A DNA stretch of 46,784 nt, from positions 1-46,784 of IMG/VR virus record IMGVR_UViG_3300012942_000011; one strand, given 5' to 3'. Below are positions 28,051-35,673 of this stretch, in pieces. Each line of letters opens with the position of its first letter. Positions within the stretch are counted from its first letter, which is position 1. The translations under genes were made by a program, and so were the position numbers. Under the pieces are notes generated by a model. That model did not search any database and was not told where the DNA came from. It worked only from the letters and a program-made list of their open reading frames with translations. The stretch is from a virus. Lineage: Duplodnaviria > Caudoviricetes.

Positions 28051-30159
28051 ATGGCTCAACTTCCCGATGTACTCACTCCAGAACAGATGGCTCAACTTCA
28101 AGGAGGAGGGTCTTCTGGACCTGCGTCCTCTATTCCTGATACGCTTTCGCCTCAAGCGATGGTGCAACTTGTTCAGTCGCAACAGCCTCAACAAGACAAT
28201 CGCTCTCTAGGTTCAAAGATACTATCAGGCGCAGGACACTTGCTCTCAAAAGCAGAGGAGCCGTTTATCTCTGTCGCTGCTACTCCAGTCCAGTTGCTTG
28301 CTAAAGCACTTGGTCAAGAGGACCCATATGCTAAGGGAGTTCCAGCAGGACTTCCAGGTATGCCTGAGAAAGTTACTCCAGCTCCCGCTACGCCTGAAGG
28401 CTTCCTCGTTAAAGCAGGACAAGCAGGACAGATTGCTACCCTCGCTGCCTCGCCTGAGTTCCAAGGCGTAAAGTCCCTTGCGCTTCTAGGAGGTGCGTCA
28501 GGACTGTCTAACTCTCTCGCTGCTGGCAATAACCCGATGACGAATCCTACTCAGGTCGTCCGTGATACTCTCTATAACACACTATTCGGTGCCGGTCTCG
28601 GAGTAGCCGGGAACTTCCTCGGTCACCTTGCAGGCTCGCTCGAAGCAAAGACAGGCGTAGTTGGCTACGTCAAGAATGCTATTGACGATGCTGACCCTGA
28701 CTTACTCAAGAAGTATATCAGTACTGCTGAGGAACACGGAAGTGATATTCGCTCACTCACTCCGTCAGGTCTTGCCGAGAAAGCAATGGAACAGCGTGCA
28801 AACATTCTCCTTGATAAAGTCATTCCGCAAGCAGGACAAGCTGTAGGAGATGCGCGTAAAGCAGCAGCTAATCTTCCTCTCGCACTTGCAGACGATTCAG
28901 GACAGATTCTTGCTAAAGGTAGTGATGCTGTAAAACAAACATTCAGTCAAATCAACGACACTGTTCAAGAGATGACTGGCCACGGATTTGGTAATGTCGC
29001 CCGCGAAGGATTCGAAGGTGGTACTCGTCCTGTTGTTTATCAGCTTCCAGGTCGTGCTGTTGAACTTACTGAGGCTGAGTTTAAGAAGCTCCAGAACCTC
29101 CATGGTCAACTTGATTTGCTTCAAAGCAAGCCAACAGCTGGTGTAGCATCAGATGTTCTCAAGAACCTCGATGGAATGATTGACTGGGATACTGCAGCTA
29201 CTGGATACACTTCGCCTGTAGACGGAGCTATTAAGTTTGCACGCGGAAAGATTAACTCAATGATTGCTCCTGCTGACCCAGCACTAGCAAAAGCAAACGC
29301 TGCTTACTCAGAACTCATGGACCTTAAAGGTCAGATTGGTCAGGCAGCGGGAAAGAACCTGCAACACGCATCTCTATTCATGCGCCGTGTGCTTTCAGGC
29401 GATAAGTCAACGGATGTTATTCCAGTTCTCGATTCTCTCGATAACTACGTCAAGCCGTTCATCACACGCCAGATGCTACAACAAGACCCACTTCTTCGTG
29501 GTGACTTGGTACAGCACGCAATCATGTCAGATTGGGCAAAGCGCATGTTTGGAGATGCTTCTGCACAGACGCTTTTCGAGCAGCGCATGACACAAAGGAC
29601 AGCAGACGATGCTGCATCTCTTGTTGGTCTTCCGAAGCAGTTCGCACGCAAGAGCCTCACTGGTATTCTCAACTCATTCACTCCTGATGCTAAGGAATAT
29701 GCTCTCTCAGTAGCAAAAGGAAAGCCACTGTCAATGGACCCGGTTGTTCGTGGAATCGATAAGGTTATAGATTCAGCAGCTGGCGCACCTGTTCTCGGAC
29801 AGTTTGTGAAAGGCTTGCAAGACCTCGGTCTCTCTGCTCAAGCAGCTGAAAAGCCAGCAAAGGCACTATTTAAGGCTTGGCTCCTTAATGCTCTCACACA
29901 GCCTAAGAACTACCAACCGCCGGGCGCAAATCAGATACTCCCTGCCGGAACTCCGCCTCTCGTAACTCCTCCAGACCAACAGCAGGAAACGAGCATGGCT
30001 CCGCAAGGACGCACTCTTTCGATTGCGCAACCTGCCCAGCAAGCAATTAACAATGTTCAGTCTCCGACCTCAGGACAACAGTTTAGTTCTCAAGCTCGCC
30101 AGCTTGGCGACTTTGGAATGAATATGCAAACCGGAGCTAAGAGCCTAAGAGTAACGTAA
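28051..30159 (+). CDS. Internal virion (ejection) protein
   Basis: 702 aa, Ala/Gly-rich with hydrophobic GAGLGVAG segments. Confidence 0.65.
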   Translation: MAQLPDVLTPEQMAQLQGGGSSGPASSIPDTLSPQAMVQLVQSQQPQQDNRSLGSKILSGAGHLLSKAEEPFISVAATPVQLLAKALGQEDPYAKGVPAGLPGMPEKVTPAPATPEGFLVKAGQAGQIATLAASPEFQGVKSLALLGGASGLSNSLAAGNNPMTNPTQVVRDTLYNTLFGAGLGVAGNFLGHLAGSLEAKTGVVGYVKNAIDDADPDLLKKYISTAEEHGSDIRSLTPSGLAEKAMEQRANILLDKVIPQAGQAVGDARKAAANLPLALADDSGQILAKGSDAVKQTFSQINDTVQEMTGHGFGNVAREGFEGGTRPVVYQLPGRAVELTEAEFKKLQNLHGQLDLLQSKPTAGVASDVLKNLDGMIDWDTAATGYTSPVDGAIKFARGKINSMIAPADPALAKANAAYSELMDLKGQIGQAAGKNLQHASLFMRRVLSGDKSTDVIPVLDSLDNYVKPFITRQMLQQDPLLRGDLVQHAIMSDWAKRMFGDASAQTLFEQRMTQRTADDAASLVGLPKQFARKSLTGILNSFTPDAKEYALSVAKGKPLSMDPVVRGIDKVIDSAAGAPVLGQFVKGLQDLGLSAQAAEKPAKALFKAWLLNALTQPKNYQPPGANQILPAGTPPLVTPPDQQQETSMAPQGRTLSIAQPAQQAINNVQSPTSGQQFSSQARQLGDFGMNMQTGAKSLRVT

Positions 30160-30160
30160 T

Positions 30161-31255
30161 ATGGCCGACCTACTACAAGGAGAAAATAGCGGTGTAAAGA
30201 CAGATGTTCGCATTACTGACTATAAAGTAATGGGCGAGAGTACGATAGTTTATCAAGTCGTAGAAGAAGACGGAGACTGGACAAAATACAAGCCTACTGA
30301 CGAATGGCAGCGTCGGTTTGTAAACGGAGCACTCGGTTACGACACAAACTCATGCACTAACTTTAGCTGCATGAATAGTGTTGAGCTTCAGGTAGAGAGA
30401 ATGCTTTCTGCGGGCGAGATTCCTGATGCAACTATCGAAGAAATGCACTCACTCGGTCTTTATGACGACCAAGGAAACGTTAACTTCAATGACTGGTTTA
30501 ATGCAATCATGTCAGGGACTACTTGGCAGTCCGGCAATACGCTTTACAATCCTTGGGACGCAATTCGCGCATACGGCTTGCTTGCTCAAGGAATGGGTCC
30601 TAAGCCGAATGACTTTACGACCTATCAAGGCTGGTTTACTACTAAGCCTTCAGCAGGACAGATTGAGTTTGCAAAGAAGGTCCTCGATATCTTTGACTTC
30701 AACTATGAATGGGTTGTTATAGGACAGCTTAATCAGTGGGATACGATTTCCTATCACTTGAAGCAAGCACCGCTCCATGTTTTGGTTCCTACTGGAAGCA
30801 CTTGGAACGATAAGAATGTAAAGAATCCTACTCCAACTTGGCAAGGTGTCAATCATGCTGTTACCCTTGTTGCTCAGAAGCAAGGAGTATCGCATACCAT
30901 TCTTGACCACTACAATCCGTTCCTCAAAAACCTTGAATGGAATTACTATATCCCTTACGTCCTCAAAGGTGTCGTTACACTGAAGAAATCGCCCGCTACG
31001 CCCGTTAAGCCGTCTCATGTATTCTCTACCGCTCTCAGGTATGGAATGAAGCCTAGCGAAGAGATTCATCACCTGCAAGAAGCACTCCAGTATCTCGGAT
31101 ATATGAAAGTAGGACTGTTCGGATGGTATCTCGATGCTACACGAGCAGCTGTAGGTAAGTTCCAAACCGACCATGGTATCAAAGACCCTGACGGGCAAGG
31201 TATGAACTTTGGACCGCAGACACGCGCTGCAATGAATAAGGTTCTATCTACTTAA
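30161..31255 (+). CDS. Endolysin: papain-like cysteine peptidase plus peptidoglycan-binding domain
   Basis: Candidate catalytic DTNSCTNFS (Cys), NHAV (His), LDHY; C-terminal PG-binding LQEALQYLGY...TRAAVGKFQ...FGPQTRAAMN. Confidence 0.8.
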   Translation: MADLLQGENSGVKTDVRITDYKVMGESTIVYQVVEEDGDWTKYKPTDEWQRRFVNGALGYDTNSCTNFSCMNSVELQVERMLSAGEIPDATIEEMHSLGLYDDQGNVNFNDWFNAIMSGTTWQSGNTLYNPWDAIRAYGLLAQGMGPKPNDFTTYQGWFTTKPSAGQIEFAKKVLDIFDFNYEWVVIGQLNQWDTISYHLKQAPLHVLVPTGSTWNDKNVKNPTPTWQGVNHAVTLVAQKQGVSHTILDHYNPFLKNLEWNYYIPYVLKGVVTLKKSPATPVKPSHVFSTALRYGMKPSEEIHHLQEALQYLGYMKVGLFGWYLDATRAAVGKFQTDHGIKDPDGQGMNFGPQTRAAMNKVLST

Positions 31256-31284
31256 CTGTGAATGGAATAACTTACGATTACACT

Positions 31285-31548
31285 ATGAAGTCAGGACTAT
31301 TTACTCTAGATTGGGGCAGTATCGCTGATGCGGTTGGAATGGCTGTCTTTACTGCGCTTCTTGCGTCGGCATTTGCAGCTGTTACTGCTCCTGGTTTCGA
31401 TGTCTTTGCTGTTCATTGGGTAGCAGCTGGAAAGAGTATTGTGAACCTTTCAATTATTGTGGGCGTATCTACTCTTGCTAAGGACTTCCTGTCTACTAAT
31501 ACAGGCTCGTTCCTCGGCATTACGCCTGATAACAAAACTAACGCTTAA
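31285..31548 (+). CDS. Holin-like membrane protein
   Basis: Two hydrophobic helices next to the endolysin; ATG at 31285. Confidence 0.65.
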   Translation: MKSGLFTLDWGSIADAVGMAVFTALLASAFAAVTAPGFDVFAVHWVAAGKSIVNLSIIVGVSTLAKDFLSTNTGSFLGITPDNKTNA

Positions 31549-31551
31549 CTT

Positions 31552-31710
31552 ATGGCTAAAGGAATGACTCGTGATGAGATGAAGAAGCGCAAGGATAAGA
31601 AGAAAGGAAAGATTACTCCTGCGAAAGCTGAGTTCTGGGAGGATGTAGACCGCGATGCTGATAAGATGGTAGGCAAGAAGCCTGGAAGCAAGCGTAGTCT
31701 CGCTTGCTAA
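31552..31710 (+). CDS. Small basic protein (52 aa, not in ORF track)
   Basis: MAKGMTRDEMKKRKDKKKGK...; fills the gap up to tRNA-Cys. Confidence 0.6.
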   Translation: MAKGMTRDEMKKRKDKKKGKITPAKAEFWEDVDRDADKMVGKKPGSKRSLAC

Positions 31711-31712
31711 GT

Positions 31713-31784
31713 ATCTAGTTGGCGAAGAAGGAACGCACCTGTCTGCAAAACAGGCATGAATCGGGGCAGTACCGATACTAGATT
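31713..31784 (+). tRNA. tRNA-Cys(GCA), atypical T-loop
   Basis: Acceptor ATCTAGT/ACTAGAT, U73, anticodon arm CCTGT-CTGCAAA-ACAGG, T arm ATCGG-GGCAGTA-CCGAT. Confidence 0.82.
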
Positions 31785-31785
31785 C

Positions 31786-31856
31786 GTCTCCATAGTTTAG
31801 TGGTAAAACAACTTCCTTGTAAGAAGTAGACCTCAGTTCGATTCTGAGTGGAGGCT
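31786..31856 (+). tRNA. tRNA-Thr(TGT)
   Basis: Acceptor GTCTCCA/TGGAGGC, anticodon arm ACTTC-CTTGTAA-GAAGT, T arm CTCAG-TTCGATT-CTGAG. Confidence 0.92.
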
Positions 31857-31862
31857 CTTGAG

Positions 31863-31905
31863 TGTGGATAAAACAGTTTGATATCTTGACCTAGTACTAT
31901 ACAAT
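31863..31905 (+). promoter_or_regulatory. DnaA-box promoter P1
   Basis: TGTGGATAA-6nt-TTGATA-16nt-TACAAT. Confidence 0.75.
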
Positions 31906-31911
31906 ATACAT

Positions 31912-32192
31912 AGGTTAGAAGTGAGTAGTTGGAGGGAAGCAGCTACGGCGGGACGCCTTACATTCCAAGCAAGCGGGGACGGCGGGATTACGCCTCTGTT
32001 GTAAGATACGCGCCACCGAGAGCCGCCCTGGTACTTTATTACTGTTATCTTGTCCACTCAATCCAAGAGGTTGTCCCAGCAACTTCCCAGTAATAAGCAC
32101 CTTGTATTTTCAACCGGCGAGGGGTGCGCCCGGTTGGGTTTCATGCTCGGTGAGTACTTCTCTGCAACTGTTCGTTTCAGAACAGTTCTAAC
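31912..32192 (+). ncRNA. Candidate structured RNA A (leader of SSB gene)
   Basis: Nested stems: 31914-20/32186-92, 31927-39/32157-69, 31957-62/32000-05, 32036-44/32088-96, 32111-17/32130-36. Confidence 0.6.
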
Positions 32193-32209
32193 ATCACAAA
32201 CATCACAAC

Positions 32210-32974
32210 ATGCCTTACAACATCAACGACGAACTCGAAGAAGCTATGAAAGAATTTGGGAATAGTGGAGGAGGTTCCTCTACTTTCTACAAGATTCAAG
32301 AAGGGAATCAGAATGTAGTTCGCGTACTTACGGAAGGCAAGACCTATGCAACTCTCCGCATGGGACAAGGCGAATACCGTACTCTTTACGGAAAGGAAAA
32401 AGGCGACCCGCTTCGCTCTCGTCTCGATTGGGACCACAACAAGACAGGTCGTGTCCTCTATCCATTCTCGGACCGGGAGGAAGAGACTGAAGCTCGTCCG
32501 TCTATTCGCTCTGTGTATTACGTGATTGACCGCAACGACGGTAAGGTTAAGCAAGCTGAGTTCCCGTACTCAGTTGCAAAGCAGCTCGGAGAACTTCAGA
32601 ACAATCCTGATTACTTCTTCGAAGAGATGCCAATGCCTTACGATGTTCGTATCACTTACGACAAGAGTAAGTCTCCTGCATCGATGTACAAGGTAGATGT
32701 GAAGCCAAATGGCGCAGCACCTACTAAGGAACAGCTTGAGGTCCTCGAAAAGCGTATGGAGAAATACTCTCCGGAAGCTGTCGTTGAGGAAAAGAAGAAG
32801 CGTCAGATGGAAGAGGATATGAAGCGCGGTATCTACGTTGACGAAGATGAGCGTGCTAGCCTCGAAAAGGAGTTCAACGATGGTATGAAAGCTCAGATGG
32901 CTAAGCAGTCCTCGGAAGAACCTGTTATTCAGTATCCTGCTGACGAGATAAATCCGGAAGACATTCCGTTCTAA
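32210..32974 (+). CDS. Single-stranded DNA-binding protein (gp32-like)
   Basis: FYKIQEGNQNVVRVL...YYVIDRNDGKVK...YDVRIT...YKV and acidic tail ending EDIPF. Confidence 0.75.
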   Translation: MPYNINDELEEAMKEFGNSGGGSSTFYKIQEGNQNVVRVLTEGKTYATLRMGQGEYRTLYGKEKGDPLRSRLDWDHNKTGRVLYPFSDREEETEARPSIRSVYYVIDRNDGKVKQAEFPYSVAKQLGELQNNPDYFFEEMPMPYDVRITYDKSKSPASMYKVDVKPNGAAPTKEQLEVLEKRMEKYSPEAVVEEKKKRQMEEDMKRGIYVDEDERASLEKEFNDGMKAQMAKQSSEEPVIQYPADEINPEDIPF

Positions 32975-32978
32975 TATC

Positions 32979-33224
32979 ATGAGACCGGCACTCATGGTAA
33001 TAGCTGCATACTGTTTCTTAATGCTTGCTTACAGTAGCGGATTCGAGCGTTGGCTTGACGTTAGTCCAGCAGCCTCAGTCATTAACGCATTCTCTCGCGC
33101 ATTGCTCGGAGGAGTTTGTATCAACATGATGATGGTTTGGGCAACTGAAAGAAGCAAGAAGGAATTAGTTGCACGCCTTGAAAAAGAGGTTGCTGGTTAT
33201 GACGAATCTAACTTCAAACTATAA
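32979..33224 (+). CDS. Membrane protein
   Basis: Two hydrophobic segments. Confidence 0.6.
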   Translation: MRPALMVIAAYCFLMLAYSSGFERWLDVSPAASVINAFSRALLGGVCINMMMVWATERSKKELVARLEKEVAGYDESNFKL

Positions 33225-33481
33225 TGGCTGATGGCGGAATTAAGATGGCTAGCCTTGAGGACAACAAAGAAATAGGTCTCAAGATTCTAGACAACTATAT
33301 CGAAGACAATGAGCGAACGATTAACGAAGAGCGAAAAGCGAGAGAGGAAGAGGAACAACAACCGGAAGATGATAGTCCGGGGACGGTCGATATTCAACCT
33401 AGTGAGGATAAAGCTCCAGAAAGCAAAGGAAGCAAGTTCCAAGAGCTTCTAAACGAAAAGTTATCCGCACCCGAACAGTAG
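33224..33481 (+). CDS. Acidic hypothetical protein
   Basis: TAATG stop-start overlap. Confidence 0.65.
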   Translation: MADGGIKMASLEDNKEIGLKILDNYIEDNERTINEERKAREEEEQQPEDDSPGTVDIQPSEDKAPESKGSKFQELLNEKLSAPEQ

Positions 33482-33515
33482 TTGAGTTCCGGGTTCACAT
33501 CTTATATTATGTGAA
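33461..33515 (+). promoter_or_regulatory. Promoter with forward DnaA-like box and operator-like inverted repeat
   Basis: TTATCCGCA (33461), TTGAGT-17nt-TATTAT, TTCACAT/ATGTGAA flanking the -10. Confidence 0.55.
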
Positions 33516-33594
33516 TGCCGCAGTTAGTAAATAGCCTAAAGAGCGTTTTTACAGAAAGTGCTTTTCAGGCTATCTGCGGCAAACTTATAGCAAC

Positions 33595-33626
33595 AAAGAG
33601 GTCTAGCTTCGGCTAGGCCTTTTTGT
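33595..33626. terminator. Intrinsic terminator, possibly bidirectional
   Basis: AAAGAGGTCTAGC-TTCG-GCTAGGCCTTTTT. Confidence 0.75.
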
Positions 33627-33948
33627 GTATACCGACCAGTTACCGCGCCCTGGCCACCAAGCGGCAGTTCACGACCACCTGAGCAAAGTCGTGGAAAAAT
33701 ACTGCTGGGTCAGGTTGGCGAATCCTACAGCCTCCAGTGGATGCCGATTAAATGTAGGAACTTAGCCTCGATGTCTCGGACAGCATTCCGAGTCCTCCGC
33801 GGGTAAGGCCTCTGCAACGTAGCCTAGACTCCTGAGCGTTGTATGCACACAGCAAGGCCTGAGAATGGGACCTTGAACTGATAGTCTGGGAGTAAGAATA
33901 TGCGGAGAGACAACCGCGATAAAATATTCGAGGTCAAAGCTGGTGTAC
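33627..33948 (+). ncRNA. Candidate structured RNA C with pseudoknot
   Basis: No ORF of 60 aa or more in any frame; at least 8 stems; loop CCTAGACT 33823-30 complementary to AGTCTGGG 33883-90. Confidence 0.6.
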
Positions 33949-34009
33949 GGCTTTTCCTCATCTATTCCTCCTGGGTAAGATTTTTAATCCAGGTTTTTAT
34001 TTATGTAAG

Positions 34010-34052
34010 TGTGTATAACTCAGTTTGAGATTTAACGTATATTCTATATAAT
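34010..34052 (+). promoter_or_regulatory. DnaA-box promoter P2 (leaderless transcript predicted)
   Basis: TGTGTATAA-6nt-TTGAGA-16nt-TATAAT, ATG 6 nt later. Confidence 0.75.
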
Positions 34053-34058
34053 AATTAT

Positions 34059-34367
34059 ATGGATACTATCGGTTCAATACTGGAACGGTACCAGAAAGCG
34101 AAGTCAGAAGAGAAACCTGCACCTCACGAAAAAGCAGCAGCAGTAAATGAAATCATTTCATTACTTGGAGAGTCAAAAGCATACGATTACAAATACTGGC
34201 TTGTTCGTGTAGGTAGTGCCTCGTACTCAACTGTTTTAGGAATAGTGAAAGCTGCTAAAGATATGCCTCGTGAGATGCGTGGAGGGTATATCACAAATCA
34301 ACTAAAGCCATACGCAGTTAAAAAGCCTAGAAAGAAAAAAGATGCTAGACCAACAGATTCGAAATAG
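34059..34367 (+). CDS. Hypothetical protein (possible replication/initiation accessory)
   Basis: First gene after the large non-coding region; function unknown. Confidence 0.7.
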   Translation: MDTIGSILERYQKAKSEEKPAPHEKAAAVNEIISLLGESKAYDYKYWLVRVGSASYSTVLGIVKAAKDMPREMRGGYITNQLKPYAVKKPRKKKDARPTDSK

Positions 34368-34716
34368 ACGCATACGTCAACAATACGCAGACGGAAAGAG
34401 TGTCAAGGACCTTGCCGCTAAGGAAGGCTTGTCTGAAGAACGAATCAGGCAAATCATCCGAGCAAAGAACCTGAATGACTTTTACCGAGACATCGAAGAG
34501 AAATACAAGCACACGCTTTCGGAGGCTGATTACAATTGGCTCAAAGAGGAGATTGCTTATCTATCTGAAAACAATCGAAACAAGGAGCTGGTTATTAGGC
34601 GGCGTGTCCTTGTACGTTATCTTCACGACAAACTCGGATACCCGTTCTACCGGATAGGACAGCTTCTTAATCGTCATCACACTACCGTTATGAATCTTTA
34701 CTACGACAAAGTATGA
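34342..34716 (+). CDS. Dual-HTH regulator: Mor/sigma4-like HTH plus DnaA domain IV-like domain
   Basis: RNRRIRQQYADGKSVKDLAAKEGLSEERIRQII and RNKELVIRRRVLVRYLHDKLGYPFYRIGQLLNRHHTTV (cf. DnaA ...PRQ.AM.L...S..EIG..F.GRDHTTV). Confidence 0.75.
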   Translation: MLDQQIRNRRIRQQYADGKSVKDLAAKEGLSEERIRQIIRAKNLNDFYRDIEEKYKHTLSEADYNWLKEEIAYLSENNRNKELVIRRRVLVRYLHDKLGYPFYRIGQLLNRHHTTVMNLYYDKV

Positions 34717-34934
34717 AAACAGTACAATTTCAAGACCTAGACAGACAAGAAGTCTCTATTCAGAGAAGTTCCTTAGCTACTAGAAATGCTTTCAGAATCT
34801 ATATATCAGGTCCGGATATTAAAGAATCAAATGACGGTCTTGGAAATAAGATTCCTGTAGCACTTCATATTTCAGAGGAACAAGCTCAGATACTAATCAA
34901 TGGATTAAAAGACTTCTTAGAAGAAGATAATTAG
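34713..34934 (+). CDS. Hypothetical phage protein
   Basis: FQDLDRQEVSIQRSSLA...LHISEEQAQILI. Confidence 0.7.
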   Translation: MKTVQFQDLDRQEVSIQRSSLATRNAFRIYISGPDIKESNDGLGNKIPVALHISEEQAQILINGLKDFLEEDN

Positions 34935-34940
34935 TTTAGT

Positions 34941-35204
34941 ATGGACGAACACGACCTAGTCCTCTCTATTCAAACACCGGATGGTAACGAGTTATCTCGC
35001 AATCCATTCGATGAAGGCAAGTTGGTTCTCTTGATGCGTATCGGTCCTGATACGTATGCTATGCAACTCAACATTGAAAATAGAAGTCAACTTTACGAAG
35101 ACTTCTTGAAGCAAGTTGATGCGATATTACAAGCAAAGAATAGTAATCAAACCGACGATGAGCAGCGAACAGACAGCAGCGAGGGGCGCCGAAGCCTTTC
35201 GTAA
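34941..35204 (+). CDS. Hypothetical protein
   Basis: ORF in gene run. Confidence 0.6.
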   Translation: MDEHDLVLSIQTPDGNELSRNPFDEGKLVLLMRIGPDTYAMQLNIENRSQLYEDFLKQVDAILQAKNSNQTDDEQRTDSSEGRRSLS

Positions 35205-35673
35205 GCACGAAAAGATTATCGAGAACGAGAAACTCCGCCGAGACCTCATGGCGGAAAATGCAAAGCTTCTCGATGAGATGCACAACGAGAAGTACTATAA
35301 AGATATTCTAGGCGACCCGGATGGCGAATGGGCAGGATATCTAGGTTCTCTTGATGTGTTCTATACGCGTTCTAAAGTACATCAACTTCGTACCGCATAC
35401 CAGCGTCTCACGATTAAGCTCGGTATTCCTCAAGGTGCATGGGCGCAAGTTCCTCTTACGCGTCTCATAGATGCACTTCCTGTCATTGACGGAACAAACT
35501 ATGTTGACTGGTTTACAAAAGCTGTAACGCTAACTACACGCGACTGGAATGCTGAGTTGCGTGGAGCTAAAGGTCTTCCTGTAGAAGACGACGGGCACGA
35601 GCATTCGGATAAGTTGTACGAGATTTGTACTGTTTGCGGTCGAAAAGAGCCTCATCACGAGCATGATTCCTAA
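35158..35673 (+). CDS. Hypothetical helical protein
   Basis: ORF in gene run; C-terminal CTVCG. Confidence 0.65.
   Translation: MSSEQTAARGAEAFRKHEKIIENEKLRRDLMAENAKLLDEMHNEKYYKDILGDPDGEWAGYLGSLDVFYTRSKVHQLRTAYQRLTIKLGIPQGAWAQVPLTRLIDALPVIDGTNYVDWFTKAVTLTTRDWNAELRGAKGLPVEDDGHEHSDKLYEICTVCGRKEPHHEHDS

Noticed and set aside
31833-32265. Short ORFs over tRNA-Thr, P1 and RNA A
   Set aside because: Non-ATG or weak starts, no protein-like features; the region is better explained by promoter and RNA structure
33627-33948. Group I intron (CCTGAGC resembles a Q element)
   Set aside because: No recognisable P7 R/S elements and no interrupted gene flanking it
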